From Macrostomum lignano (Eukaryota), in NCBI GenBank assembly GCA_002269645.1, contig NIVC01001584.1, positions 92,807-156,806 of the forward strand: 64,000 nucleotides of DNA, in the 5' to 3' direction. The position numbers and the translations under genes are program-made. The notes under the pieces were generated by a model. It worked only from the letters and a program-made list of their open reading frames with translations. It searched no databases and was not told the origin of the DNA. Positions within the stretch are counted from its first letter, which is position 1, and every line of letters starts with the position of its first letter. Positions 13,168 to 26,677 of this stretch are shown piece by piece.

Positions 13168-13814
13168 AGGACGCAACACTCGAGATCTATGGAAAATGCT
13201 TTGGAAGGCCACTTTTCGCCGAAAAATACACTACGGAGATAGGAAGTTTTCATTTTTTCAGCACAACAATTTTTATTGCTTTTGATCGGAGGCGAATCCA
13301 ATGTTTAAGTTTTGATGTAATTTGCCTCTCTTATAGCTCTATTGATATTCACAAAGCTTTCCCTTCAGAAAATTAGGATTCAATGTCAATCTTTGATTCA
13401 AAGTACATTTCCTGTTCCTAAAAATCATTAAAATGCATGGCACAGCTTGAATTTTTGGTTTTGTGAATCTATTTTATTATCTCATTGTTACACAGTCAGC
13501 TAAGAATGATAAAACAGATTCATAAAACCGATGAGCCGAGCCATTTCAATGGTTTTCAGGCACAGGACATGTGCTAATGTACGTCGAATAAAAAAATAAC
13601 ATAAAACCCGAATTTTCTGAGCGAAAAGCTTTATGAATATCAATGGAGCTGTAAAAGAGGCACATGATATCAAAAGATGAACATTGGGTCAGCCTCCTAT
13701 CAAAAGCAATAACAATTTTTGTCCTAAAATGAAAACTTCCTACCTACGTAGTGTATTTTTCGGCGAAAAGTGGCCTTCAAAACACTTTTCCATAGATTTC
13801 GAGTGTCGCGTCCT
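13168..13814. mobile_element. MITE/foldback with ~230-bp imperfect TIRs (partial copy at ~30990-31130)
   Basis: aggacgcaacactcgagatctatggaaaatgctttggaaggccacttttcgccgaaaaatacactacg... is mirrored by ...cgtagtgtatttttcggcgaaaagtggccttcaaaacacttttccatagatttcgagtgtcgcgtcct. Confidence 0.75.
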
Positions 13815-16037
13815 GTATATAAACGAACACGAAGACAAACTTCACAGCCTCATGCAGTATCTTACATTCTCATATCTCCCAGTATATATCATACAGTCTG
13901 TGACATGCATTCACATTCTCTCTCTCTCTCTCCATTACATCACATTCTCATGTTTACCAGTCTCATACTTCGAATTCATAGTCTCATATCTTACAGTCTT
14001 ATGCCTGATTGTCTCATATCTCAAAGTCTCATCTCACAGTTTCATGTCTCAAACCTCATATCTCACAGTACCCGCTCTAACACCCTCTGCTATTTCATTT
14101 CTCTCTCAAATCTCCTTCCAGAACACGTGGAGAGCAAAAAACCTATTTAAAAAGATTTAAATGTATTCAAGTTTGAGTTATTTTAGTCTTAATATTTTCT
14201 ACTCTAAAACAAAGTACAAACTAGCGAGTACTCTGACCAAATACATGGTGGCTGAATGACCCGATTCAAATGACGTCTTACTTCAGTCTTTCGGATTTGT
14301 CAATCAATAAGTAGCAATGATAAAAAATTATAATCCTCTGTATAGATGGCATCTCTTTGTTTATTTTGTCAGTCAGGTTAGAGTAGGGCTTCTCATACGA
14401 ACGTATATACTGTACGTGATGGGTGTAATTTGTTTTTTTGTATGTCAAATTGGCAGCCTATTTTTCTAAATTTCCCCGGAGGCCATTTTTCGCATTATGA
14501 TGTGATGCCTGCCTTTGAATCCATTTAATTCTGCTTGCTTTTGATGGTCAGAGACAGTCTAAGACCCTAAAAGTCTATGTCGAGCGCTGAGCCGTGTAAG
14601 GCCATTCTAGATGATGAAGGTTAAACAATGCATCATTCGCTCCAACATCTAAGTAGCTCTTAAAGACAGTTGAGAGAGAGTAAGAGAGATAAAGAGATAC
14701 CTAAAAGAAAAGACGCAGAACCCATGCTATTCATTATTCGATAAAAAATTTTGGGGGGGGGGTCTCAGATTCAGCAGACTCAGACTCTGCTGCAGTATGC
14801 ACTGCATTGTGCATCTCTATACGCCATGGTTATACTATCAAAAATAAGATAGACAGAAAAGAAGTGCATTCTTGCGGAAACTGTTTTGCTGCCATGCGCA
14901 ATTATAAATAAGCGCGTGTTAATAAAAGTTTGCTTGCGTCAAACAAACAGACTGTTTTAAACCTACCAGTGTTTCGAGTTTCATGACCTAAACAGGTACG
15001 CTTGCAACTTTTTATTGATTTTCCTTCTACAAACTTCTGCATTGGTAAGCAGGTAAGATGTATTTAATTACTGCTGCTACCTTTACTGCATTTCTAAATT
15101 GCTCTGAGCTTTACTTTTCCAAGCAATTTTCACATTGTCGAAGTTTTTAATGCTTCAAAAACTCGAAACTCTAAGCTTTATATGAGAGCATCGTCGAAAA
15201 GTCTAAGAAGTTCACGAGTCGAACTCATGACTAGCAAGGGTTTTTTTAACGATCATGTAAAGTTCCTATTTTGTGAAAGTGACGATACTGACTCTAAGAC
15301 TGATGAGTCTGCTGATATATAATTCATTCTTAATTAAAATAGTATTCAAATTGACACGTTGCTTGAAACCGTAAATATCAACAGTAGCTATCAGCCTCAG
15401 TAGAGTTGTTGAAATACAAACTCATTATGAAATATCAAGGTACTTATTCTTTCCTAAAGTAATTCCCATTTTTACGATTGGTTGTCAAAATAAAACATAT
15501 GCGAATGAAATCACGTCAAGTAATTTTAGCATCAGATCCACAATCTAACGTTCTGGATTTTCAAACTCCACATGTAGCAAGCACATGCATGGTTCGCTCC
15601 AGGTGCACTAATAAAGTTTATTAAGAAAAATCTTTAAGTCGCAGGACAGTGGCAAGGCTCCAAATACTTTTTTGCGAAGATTTTGGTTTATTTCATTGAG
15701 CTAATCGTAAAAACAGCTTCGACAAGGACGAAATTCAGTCATGAAAAATCTATGCTAGTAAAATATGCGATAATACGAGCTACATGAATATAGCGACTTC
15801 CAAAACACTATTTACGTCTTCTGAGACTTTACTAGGTAATATTTATTTCTATACAGAAAATCGTTCAACTCTATCTTTAATATGAGATGAAAGATGCCTT
15901 TCTCTGGTGTTGTATATTAAAAACGTTTCGTATTTGCGCATCGAAAACCAGTCTCTAGCAAAATCTGAAATGACCACAATTGCCGAAATGAGCTTTCTAA
16001 AAACCCTGACATTTCTAAAAAACCCGGACAATTTCAG

Positions 16038-19000
16038 ATGCAGGCACTCGAAGGCTCGCAGACTGCACAGCGGCTGCCCCTTCAACAAGAGGCTGCAGCA
16101 GCTGTGGTGGCCGCCCAGCCGCCCGACACTCCCGAGGCAGCAGCTCTGCAAGCTGAGAGACCTTCACCGGTTACAGGCTCAATTCAGAGCTACGAAACTT
16201 TAACACCGGAATCGATTCGAAATGTAAGGCCTGGAGATGTCATCAAAGCGTCAGGACGTTCTGAAGCAATCGTTGTTGGAGTTGAATTCAAAGACGGATT
16301 ATTTGAATTTTCGACAATTTATCCCAAACTATGCAGAGTTTTCGGCCAAATTGAGAGACGAGTAATCAAAGACATATTAATAGTTAAAATTATAAATTCT
16401 AAAAGATCTAAACATCTGAAACCCAGTTGCCAACTTCGACACTTTCCAAAATCGTGCTGCCATGCTCTTGACGAAGTTGTCAGGAGAGCTCGAAGTCTCT
16501 TGAACGAGAAACGCCTTACTAATAAGTCAGGTTTCATACTTTGTTGCAAGACGAAGGACCAATCTCACAGAAAACATTGTACCGTGCCAATTTATCTGCC
16601 TGGAAATTTTGAAACCCATGAAGTAAAAGTTGGGGATCATTTGAGTCTTAAGCACGACTCTGGATCAATTCATGCAGTCGTACGAAGTAGCCAAGAGATG
16701 TGCGAGGACATTTATTTACTATCGTTGAGTGTTTCCGCGCAGGACTTGATGAAGAATCGAATTTCCTTTGTGAACCTTTCTAAGCGAAAATTTATACAAT
16801 CGAATGAGCGCGTTCCAGTTGTAATATCGGTATCGAAGTGCGTAGAGACTAAGGAATTTCTCCACAGGATCGAATTGATGCGCGGCGTCGCGTATCCGAG
16901 GCGCATTTCGACTCTGCAGTTTTGCCTTCTTCTCACCGACTCGAGTCGCCACGGGCAGGACTGGAGGCTGCAAGTCGCACAGATGTCGAATCAAAGTAGA
17001 CTGATTCGACCATTGACCCGAAAAATTGAAGCGAAAAATCTTCAAAGAGGCGACATCATTTTTGTTGACGATGCCTACAGAGTAGTCCGCCGTGTAGTTA
17101 GCGACGCGGATGAATTCAGCGTTAAATTAGTCAACTACAGTGAAGTCGACCACGAAAATCGCAAGACTTGCACGCTAAAGTATCTGATAAGAAAGAAAGA
17201 GACGGAAACAACTCTGTGCGTGCACAATGACAACACCGCTGATTGTCCTTTAGACTTAGAAGACTCATCTCCGGTAAATCTCGCAGCCATCTACTCAGAG
17301 GAACCGGTAACCCTCCAGTTGCTTCAACAGCTACAGAAAGGTGACGTCATTTGCCTGCGGTACACTGGCAAGTGGCACAGGGTTATTGTGGAGAAACTGG
17401 CGCATGAAAATGAAGAATACATTGTCACTGCTATTCATTACGGATTGAAATCGTGGTTTGACGGTAAAACAGTGATCAGAGAGGACTTTGTTTTCAAATA
17501 TGACAGACAGCGAACTAAGCAGGTGCATCCGAAGTGCTTTCTCTGCCACTTCTCGGATCTCTGGTGCCACGAGCCCGATGTTGTGGTTGAAAGAGCTCGA
17601 AGCCGCCTCAACGAGCAGGAATACTCTCTGATTGCTAACTGTGGCACTTGGTTTGTCGTGTGGTGTAAGACCAAGTCCATCAGCCACAGAGCTGACAACT
17701 CGGTGCCCATATTTCTAGATGGCTCTCACACTCACGAAATTAAAGGAGGTGATCATCTTGAATTTAACTGCGGTCTAAAAAACAGACTTCACGGAGAAGT
17801 GACCAAAGTAACTAAACTGAATAATGGGCGAAAACTTTTTCTCGAATTGCAAGTAATCAAGCCCCATGAATTGCATTACGTGCACACAAGTGAACTAGTG
17901 CTCAAAACGGATGAGGAAGTGACTCGAGTCATTCAGTATCCGTTTCGTGTCATCAGTGAAGCGGAATTAACATGACGCATTGAGTTCATAGAAAATTTGG
18001 CCTTCAACCACAGTGAAAGTTCATTCAAACTTTGTCGCCTGGTGACGAACTGCGATAGCAGATTTGATGATTGGAAAGACAGCATTTGGGATGCATTGAC
18101 TCAAAATGAAGTGCAAAGCAATCGGCCCGTATTGGTTGAGAGTGTTACTCCCAATCATGACAATGAGTTATCCGTGGCTTGTGATGGCCTTAGAGTTGGC
18201 GACATCATACTTGTGAATGGTGTCTATCGTGTTGTTGCGGGCGTCAGTGCCGGCAGCGGTCAGTCATCCGGACAAGTCAGCATTAAAACGCTCCACTACG
18301 GCTCTCAAAAACAAAATTTGTGTGTGTCAAAATTAAAGTACATCATTGATGCTGAAGAGAAGGACGCCAAACTGTGCGTACACAATGATCCCAGCTTGAA
18401 CTGCCAATTGTATGGCGGTGGTAGCCAGGCACCAGCACATATGGCTGAAGAAGTACATGATATGCAAAGCATTTCAGCTGGCTCGGTCATTTCTTGGAGA
18501 GACCATTGGTATTCTCTGTACCAGCACGCTGTGGTGGTCGGAAACCCGGTGGTACCGGATGCGAACAATCCCCACTGCGCTGCAATCGATGTCATTTTTT
18601 ACAGAGGTTCGTGGAGAGGTCAGATTGAGAGGCAAACTTTATCAGTAGACTTGAAGAAGCAGAAAATTTATACGATTAAGTACAACGTACTGGAAGGCTG
18701 CGTTCTCACCCCAGAAGAGGTGATTAAAAGAGCCAACAGCCGACTCAAAGAGAAGCAGCACAACTTCCAGTGGAACAGCAGTCGCGACTTTGCTCGCTGG
18801 TGCAGCATCAAGCATAGCAGCAACAGGGAGCAGTGCGCAGTTCCCGTACACTCGGCGAAAGACCTTGTTGAGTTCGAGAGAGGCCACATAAAGTTCTACA
18901 AGTCGCCTTGCTTTTACAAGCACGAAGCAATTATGCGCAGCTGCTCTGCAGTGGATGGCTGCAGCGATATTGTTCGGGTCGAGTTGTACGAAAATAATCA

Positions 19001-20177
19001 CGACCAGAAACGGGTGCGATTTGAAAAGCTCGTCATTGGCCCGGGTGAGAGCTCGATTCGACGCGTCAACTACTACGGCTTTGAAGAAGCCGCTGGTTTT
19101 GCTATTCTGGAGGAGCTGACGGACTGCACGTTTTTGAATGCCGACGACGACAGGAAGGGATGGACTGCGAAGGCCAAGAAGTTTGGCAGCAAGGTTTGCA
19201 ACCGGGACTTTTGCTTCTGGCTGAGAACTAATTCTGATGCCGGTCGGATGTGCGGCATTCAAAGCCTGTTCGGTACTGACCTGGCCGAAATTCAGGACAA
19301 AATGAAGAAACTTATTAGAGAAAAATCACTAAAGGTTTCGGAAAGTAATCAAAAAGTTGAACTCGAAGACAGAGTTGATAGACGCAGTCTCAGGCAATAC
19401 GATCACATTATTCTGAATCGGATGGTCAACGGTGTAGTTTCTGAGGCTGATTTCATTTTAACCGAGTGGGATGCTGCCACTTGTTCCGGCGTTGGGGTCA
19501 CGTACGCATTGCCGCAGGATCCAAAAGACATGGGAGTCGTCAAGTTTCAAGGATTTCTTCGAGTTGAAGACAATCAAATCGAGAAGGTCGTGCACAACTC
19601 CGATTTAGACTGGAATCAGATCGACGCCAAATTCAATCAACTGTGTGGCAGTAGGAGTTACAGTTTACTGTTTAACAACTGCGAACACTTTGTCAACTAT
19701 TTAATTTATGGCCGGGTGAGCAGTACTCAGCTGAATAATCTAGCCTGGCGTTTTAGCCACTTTTTGCCCAACGCGGTACAAAGCATTGCTACTGCCGCAG
19801 TTCGAATCCTTCGATTAGTCTACACCTTGATGGAGACGGGAAGTTTGAACACAGCTGCTTCACTTCCCTTAGTGCTGATTGAGGGCGGCTTGGTGCTTTT
19901 AATTGCCCTTTTGGGTATTGCATCATATCTGCTTTTGCAGCATCGCAAAGCGAACTTCAATATGCCTCAGCAGGAGTTCCTCGGCAGAAGACGTGACATC
20001 TTGTGCCGCACTTTGGTTCCAATATTTAGCGTAATCATTGTTGGAGCCGTCATTCACACTGCCCCGGTCAGTGCCCCCATTATTGGCAGTGCCGCTGGAG
20101 TCGGAGCACTGGCTGTTGGTCTTGCTTACTTCCTGCCAAGCATGCGCGCCATACTGATGGCGCGAATGAAACCGTAG
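16038..20177 (+). pseudogene. Poly-LRAT/NC-domain membrane protein, copy 2 (1379 codons) with an in-frame TGA at 17973-17975
   Basis: ORFs 16038-17975 and 17997-20177 are in the same frame. Copy 1 reads TTG ATT CGT CGG ATT where copy 2 reads TTA ACA TGA CGC ATT. Same module order, NCEHF motif and hydrophobic tail as copy 1. Confidence 0.82.
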
Positions 20178-20562
20178 CAGATTCACTGCAACCTTTTATT
20201 GAATAATTTTTTAATTACGAATAATTATTAGATATGTGTACCAACAGTCATGGACAACTGAAGTAGAAGGATGCTCTTAGTCTTAGTATATTTTCGAGAA
20301 AGCTAATTTGTCTATGGTGAAACCCCATGACCATACCATTGCCCTACTTCAGTAATTGTCTATGCGTATACTTATTCTAAAGTAATTATTTACTCTACCA
20401 TACAAAATTGCTTATTTAATAGCTCCAGACAAACTACGACCTTGTAATATGCTGAAGACCATGCATAAAGTCCAGAAGTTTACGGTACATGCATATTTAT
20501 GGTATTTTTCGACTTAATTGCGTGACGTACTCAGGAAAAAAACAGTTGCTTTTAGTTTAAAC

Positions 20563-20925
20563 CAGGGCTTGGCAAACTTTTTTTACCTGAAGGGCCTTCT
20601 CTCGACTAGAGAATCTAGTGCATAGCCGCGGGCCAGTGGAAGGGTGAGAGATGGTCAGAGCTAATAGAGAAGAGAGAATTAATTAAGGAGAGGCGAGGGA
20701 TAAAAGAGGAGAGGAGAGACAAAATAAATGAGAACAGAAGATAGAGCAGAGGAGATGAGAGGAGCGAAGGGAGAGAAGATGAGAGAATAGAGAACATATT
20801 ATTAAAGAGAAGAGAGCTGAGAAGAGGCAAACCTTGAGCAGGCCGGATTGCTATTATGAAATTTCAAAGCACTCGAGGGTTAGGGAGCCTCATGTGGCCC
20901 GCAGGCCGAAGTTTTCTGATCCCTG
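20563..20925. mobile_element. hAT (Charlie-like) MITE, 363 bp
   Basis: Ends cagggcttggcaaac...gttttctgatccctg, subterminal ggcccgc.ggcc, and a degenerate 8-bp TSD gtttaaac/atttaagc. Absent from duplication copy A. Confidence 0.75.
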
Positions 20926-21881
20926 ATTTAAGCAATTAAGTTTTTTAAAGATGCATAAACATAAAAAACTGGAGTACAAGCTTAGACGATACACTCAGCT
21001 TTCCTAGAAATTTTGTGCTAGATGCCGGTTAAACATATACTTGCCGCATTGCTAATGCCTTATTAATATGCTCTAATATGTGACCTAATTTTTCGATTTA
21101 CGACCCTATTCAGCCTTCTCTAAAGCATACTAAATTCACTACGGCAGACATACGTTCTTTGGCCTCCAGGTCATTTCTAGTGTATATAGCGTCCTTCTGC
21201 TTCAGTTGTCCATTCATCTAGAAACGTTCTATAGACAAAGAATTATTTCAATTTCATATCCTCTTTAAACAGTACTGCAGCCAAATGCATGCGTATTATT
21301 CAGAAAAAAAATTCCTGTGTTTTTAAAAAATGAAGTACGAGTAATAAATATTACATGAATATTGGTGATGGCTAATTAAAATCGTGCAGTAATTTTTGTT
21401 TTAATAGAAACTTAATCTGACTAAATTAATAAGTGAATATTATGCAGTTTTTTTTCAAATGGTTATCTTTTTTTCAACGCTGTTAAATTCATAGAAAAAA
21501 GTTTGACTTTTTGTTTAAACACGCTCGTAGTACTGCTGGACTTCATCCGTTTTGTTTTTACACGTGAAAGCAGCGATTTTCTGAGTGTAAGCAACTCTTG
21601 CTCAAACGGACAGCGGATACAAAAGTAATCATTTCTATTTTTAACATATTAAAATTCTTAAATTTCTTATCTAATGCCCTACCTATATGTACTTCATGCG
21701 GAAAATGTGTTATCAAAGCCGCCAGATGTACAGAGATTTCGCATCAAGCTTCAGGCGTGTTTTTATATGTCAGAGCTATTTATAACATGTCAGAGATACG
21801 AGCGTTTATATTTATTAGCTATCTTGCTTGCTTTTTGTAATGCACAGTGCACAGGATTTTCTGGCGAGGCGCTTGACCGCT

Positions 21882-24800
21882 ATGGTAAGTTCTTTCGCTT
21901 GTTACATGTAACTAAAAATCGACAATGTTATACACACAATACCACGAATATCTTTTCTACTTTTAGGAACAAACTCAGAACCAGGGAATTTTCGTTTCCG
22001 CTGTAGCCGAAAACACGACTGAAAGTGATGCTGTTGAAGCTGACGAACTCGCTACCGCTTGTGATGCGCCCTGCGAATCAACCGAGTCACAAGCCGATAC
22101 GGCACCACGGGTGTATTGCTACGAGGAGAGGCTCACGTGCGAATCAATCAAGAATGTTGCCATTGGCGACGTACTAGAAATCCGATACTTTGAACTGCCG
22201 CACAAAATTATCGTGGAGAACACGAGCATCGTTGACACTGAGCAGGAGTTGATCATCACCATCGATGCCATTCACTACGGAAGAGACTGGCTTTCTGTCC
22301 AGGTAATGAGAGAAAAATTTCAATTCATTGCTCGAAAAGACTCATTGGATCCCGGTGGGGCGCTGAGCAGGAAATGCTGGAAGTGTCACTTCCCACCAAC
22401 CTGGTGCCACCCACCCGATGTGGTAGTGCAAAGAGCTCGAAGTCGGCTGAACGAACGAGAGCACTCGGTCATTGACAACAGGGCGTCTCATTTTGCATTT
22501 TGGTGCAAGACCCAGTCGGTTAGCAATCGTGCGAACAATATTGTACCGATCTTTGTAGCCGCTAATCAGCACATTCACGAAGTGAAAGTTGGCGACCATT
22601 TGAACTTTGCGACAGACGGTGAAATTGAATTACACGGAGAAGTTAGAGATGCTGTCAAGGCGAGTGAGTCGCAGGTTTTGTTAACTATGCTAGTGTCGAG
22701 TAGACACGTGAACAGAGAAATAATCAACTCTGCGCACATTTGTGAAACTAGAATTCAAAAACCAGTACAAGTTGTAAAATCAGCTGCAATTGGTCTGACT
22801 AGTGAAGATTTACAATGGCGAATCAGAATGATACAGGATATTTCCTACAAGCGTTTGGTTGGAAAACTTGCCTTCTGTCTACACCTGACCAATCCTAACT
22901 TAAGCAGGGAAGACTGGCTTTGTCGAGCTATCCAGGTTCCAAACGTCACGACAGAAACTGCGCAACCACTCTGTAAGACCATTCGCCCAGAGCTGTTGAA
23001 TCCAGGCGACATCATACTGCATGACGGCATATACTCAGTGGTGTCTGCAGTCAGATGCGATGGCTCAGGTGCTCTGATAACTAAAATTCAGTACTCTGCC
23101 CGTCGAGTAAACAAAAATGCTCATAACTGCCTGTTTGAAATAAAAATTGCTATCGAAAAATACGAAAGACAGGCTGTGCTTTGCGTTCACAACGACATTT
23201 TCCGAGATTGTCATCTGTACGGTGGAGGACTTGAAACACCCAGCTACACTGTAACCAAGGTGACGAGTGTGAATGAAATTTACAAAGGGTGCGTCATTAG
23301 CACCAGAGACGGCTTAGTCTTCAAACACTTGGTTGTCACCGATTGTCCCAAAATAATTAGTACACCGGCAATGAAAAACCAAGTGATGTTTAGCGCGATT
23401 TCCTACAATGTAGGACCTTCTATGTTGCTCGGAAAAAATTCCGTCGCCGAGAGCAGCTACACAATAAATTTAAGAACAACGCCAGTTTACGTTGTGAAGT
23501 ACTGTGTCTCGAACGAGGTTCTCTACTCAACTGAGGAGGTGGTTCTTAGGGCTCGCTCGCGTCTGGGAGAGAGACAGCACAACTTCCAGTGGAACAGCGG
23601 CCGAGACTTAGCTCGATGGTGCAGCATCAAGCACCAGAGTAATTTGGAACAGTGCATCGTTCCTGTTACCTCGGCAGACGATCTACATCGTTTCCAAAGA
23701 GGACACATCAAATTCTTGAAGAAGCCGAAGTCTCTCTACGCGCACGATGTTCTTCTCAAAGAGTGCAGTAAAGTTGAAGACTGCGACGATGTGCTGAGAG
23801 TGATATACTATGAAAACAACGTCGTTTTCAAGCATGTCCGCATTGAGAAGCTGGGCATTGGAGAAGATGAGCACCTCCAAAGAGTTCGGTACGCAAGCTG
23901 TCGAGAATGGAACCAAGCAGAACTAGAAAATCTGATTGATCATACGTTTCTAAATGCGGATGACGATCGGCTGGGCTACCTAGGAATGCAAGGCAGCAGA
24001 GTGACTAGCCAAGATTTTTGCTTCTGGATAAAAACTCGCTTCTCAAAGGATGGCATCAAGGCAGTCAAAAACTTACTCGGCGAGGAGTTGGGGCTGTTAA
24101 GGAACGAACTGAAAGTCAAGAGGAAGGACACGGAAACCATCGTAGGTGGACGAAGCCTAAAACCGTTGGATCACATCGTTCTTAGGCGCACTGTAGCTGG
24201 TAAGGAAGCAGAAGTTCACTTCGTCATCACGAGCTGGGATGCAAATTTATCTACCGGCTATGGAGTAACTTACGAATTTCCCGTAAAGAAGACCGAAATG
24301 GGATTCTACGAGTTTAAAGGCTTTCTCAGATTAACTGGCCCGGGTCAGATCGAGAAGGTGGTGCACAACTCAGAGTTCAATTGGGATCTAATTCTAGAAA
24401 AAATTCGAGATCTGTGCGGAGGGGAAGATTACAGCATTCCGTTCAACAATTGCGAGCACTTTGTCAACTACTTGATTTATGGCAGAGTTGTCTGTCTGCA
24501 GCTAGTTAGGCACTCGAGGAGGCTGCTTGGCTTTGTACCGAGTTTTCTACACCATATAGCTGCCGATTGCATTAGATTCCAGAAGTTTGCAATGCACCAC
24601 GCGTCTGGCTTAAGAAAAGTCGGCGTTAAAATTCCAATTTTTGAGAGCGTTGGCCTAGTTCTCAACCTTGTTATCGCCGGCTGTCGATTTCTGCAACTGA
24701 TCAGGCGTCGGGCTCGAACAGCCATGCCACACGAAGAGTTTTCGATGCGAAGACGTTATATTTTCGTGGACGCGATTTCGTCAACATTCGGGGTTTTATT

Positions 24801-24921
24801 GGCTCTTGTTTTGATCGCAGTGCAGGCTACTGTATTTACACCGCTCACTCTGTGTTCCGCACTCATTGGGTACGCGTTGTTGAAGCTGATTCCCTTGGTA
24901 AAATCAATTTTTGTGCCTTGA
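21882..24921 (+). CDS. Poly-LRAT/NC-domain membrane protein, copy 3 (intact, ~985 aa; exon 21882-21884, or from ATG 21840, plus exon 21967-24921)
   Basis: ATG|gtaagt donor at 21885 and tttttag acceptor at 21966, phase 0 and in frame with ORF 22111-24921. Six modules; the last has EVHFVI (His) and YSIPFNNCEHFVNYLIYG (Cys); hydrophobic C-terminal segments. Confidence 0.85.
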
Positions 24922-26286
24922 AAAGCTTCTAAAAAACCTTACGCAGACTATTTTTTCTGGAATTAGCAAGCCCGTAGTCAGTATGTCTGTGACGTCACGG
25001 TATCTGGATTATTAATTGTTCGATTTTTTTTCATTCTATATGATCCGTGCCATTGTTTTTATTCCAGAACATGTAATATATTGATAGTAATACCGTAGTT
25101 TATTTGGTTGTACATGAATTTTACACCACTCTTGTTTAGAAATTTTATCACTGCCTGTAGTTTTTAATATTGTAGCTGGTGCACGGCTGAGAGCGAGGCC
25201 CTCATGTACACAGGCCCCTGCATGCATGCCTGGCTGCTGGGGGGAGCGGGGCGGTTGCAGTTTGATCTGACTCACACCTCCCTATTCTTGTTAGGTATAA
25301 ATGACTATGATTAACAAGTATATGCAAAATCTTTTTGCTCGCTTGCTACTTTTCAACTAGCCACCATGCTCGCAACAAGCCGCTTTAATATTCTAGAATT
25401 TCGTGCGCCTGTACGAAGTAATATAAATTGCCAATGGGGAAATCCCTAATTCCCTGGGAAACCTCTCATTATCGGTGGCTAGTAGTTAATTATAAAGTTT
25501 TATATAAGTTAGTACATGTAAATCTTTAATTGCATTTAGTTTCTTGTCTAAAACACTTCTTTTTATTATTTTTTACGAATTTTTTTTAATCCGAAATTAT
25601 TTTTTATGACGGTAAAAAAATTTGTTACACATTCAAATATATTTCAGAAGACTGTTATGAAGAATCAATTTAACTCTCGAACGAAATTTTGGAGTCCAAT
25701 GGACCCGACGATTACTTTCTCCATGTTTCTTATGGAGAGTTTTCTATTATCGTGGCGCAACTTTTCGCGGGTTAATAACTTTGACCCACAATTGTTGTCA
25801 GTAATTTTTAAACTGTTGTTTAGATAACTGAAATACGTGTAGCTAATTATAATTTTGACCAAAAAGCAGAAGACTTGGTTACTAGTAGACAGATTTTTTG
25901 TTTGTATAGTAGTTGAACGAGTTATAACCAATATTGCGGGTGTAATTTTAACCTTTATTTTTTCATAGAAACAGTATAATTGCTCTTTCGTCCACGGTTA
26001 ACTAGTTCAGTGGATCCTAACTTTTTATCCACAATAAAAAATATCAACCCTGTGCTGTATAGATATTAAGATATATACAGTCTGTGATCTCATACTTTTG
26101 CATTAAGCACTAGTTTACTTTTTTGCAAAACTAATAATATCAGATTTCAAGAAATTTAAACAACTATTAGGCCTTTGAATTTGAAGCTAAGCCTAAAGGA
26201 AATAAACATTTAATATTAATTAAGAGTTCTGTATTGCATACAATTTACAATCTTTAAATAGTCACATTTTATTATTGTTTCCAAGA

Positions 26287-26335
26287 ATGTCTTCATATGC
26301 ATATTTATTCAAGTACATTATTATTGGTGATACAG
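26287..26335 (+). CDS. Rab2: Rab2 small GTPase, exon 1 of 5 (gene spans 26287-45072)
   Basis: MSSYAYLFKYIIIGDT G|gtatgt; missed by the ORF track because it is short. Confidence 0.93.
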
Positions 26336-26677
26336 GTATGTAGGCCTATGTTATTATTTTTATAAAGCTTAATGCCTTAACCTTTACCTACCATTTTTTT
26401 CATTCAGATTTCTGCCTTGTGCATAAAATTTCTTAAGTTATAATTACTTGAAAAAGAATTTGATTAAATGTGGCATCCATGAATTCAATGTTGAAATGTT
26501 GTTTTAGTTTTTACAAATAACTATATAGTTATTTAAATTAGACATTTTTCAAATACAAAGTAAGTTACATGGTCATTTTACACTCCATAGTCAGTAAGAA
26601 AGCATGTGTGCCAGAAATTTCTTTCTAGGATTTTAGGCTTTTGGTATACAGATTTAATATCTTGAGTATATATAACT

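Larger units (their letters stand above)
14527..21683 (+). repeat. Segmental duplication unit, copy B, containing poly-LRAT gene 2
   Basis: Collinear with 2121-9802; the coding region is near-identical over ~4.1 kb. Confidence 0.85.
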
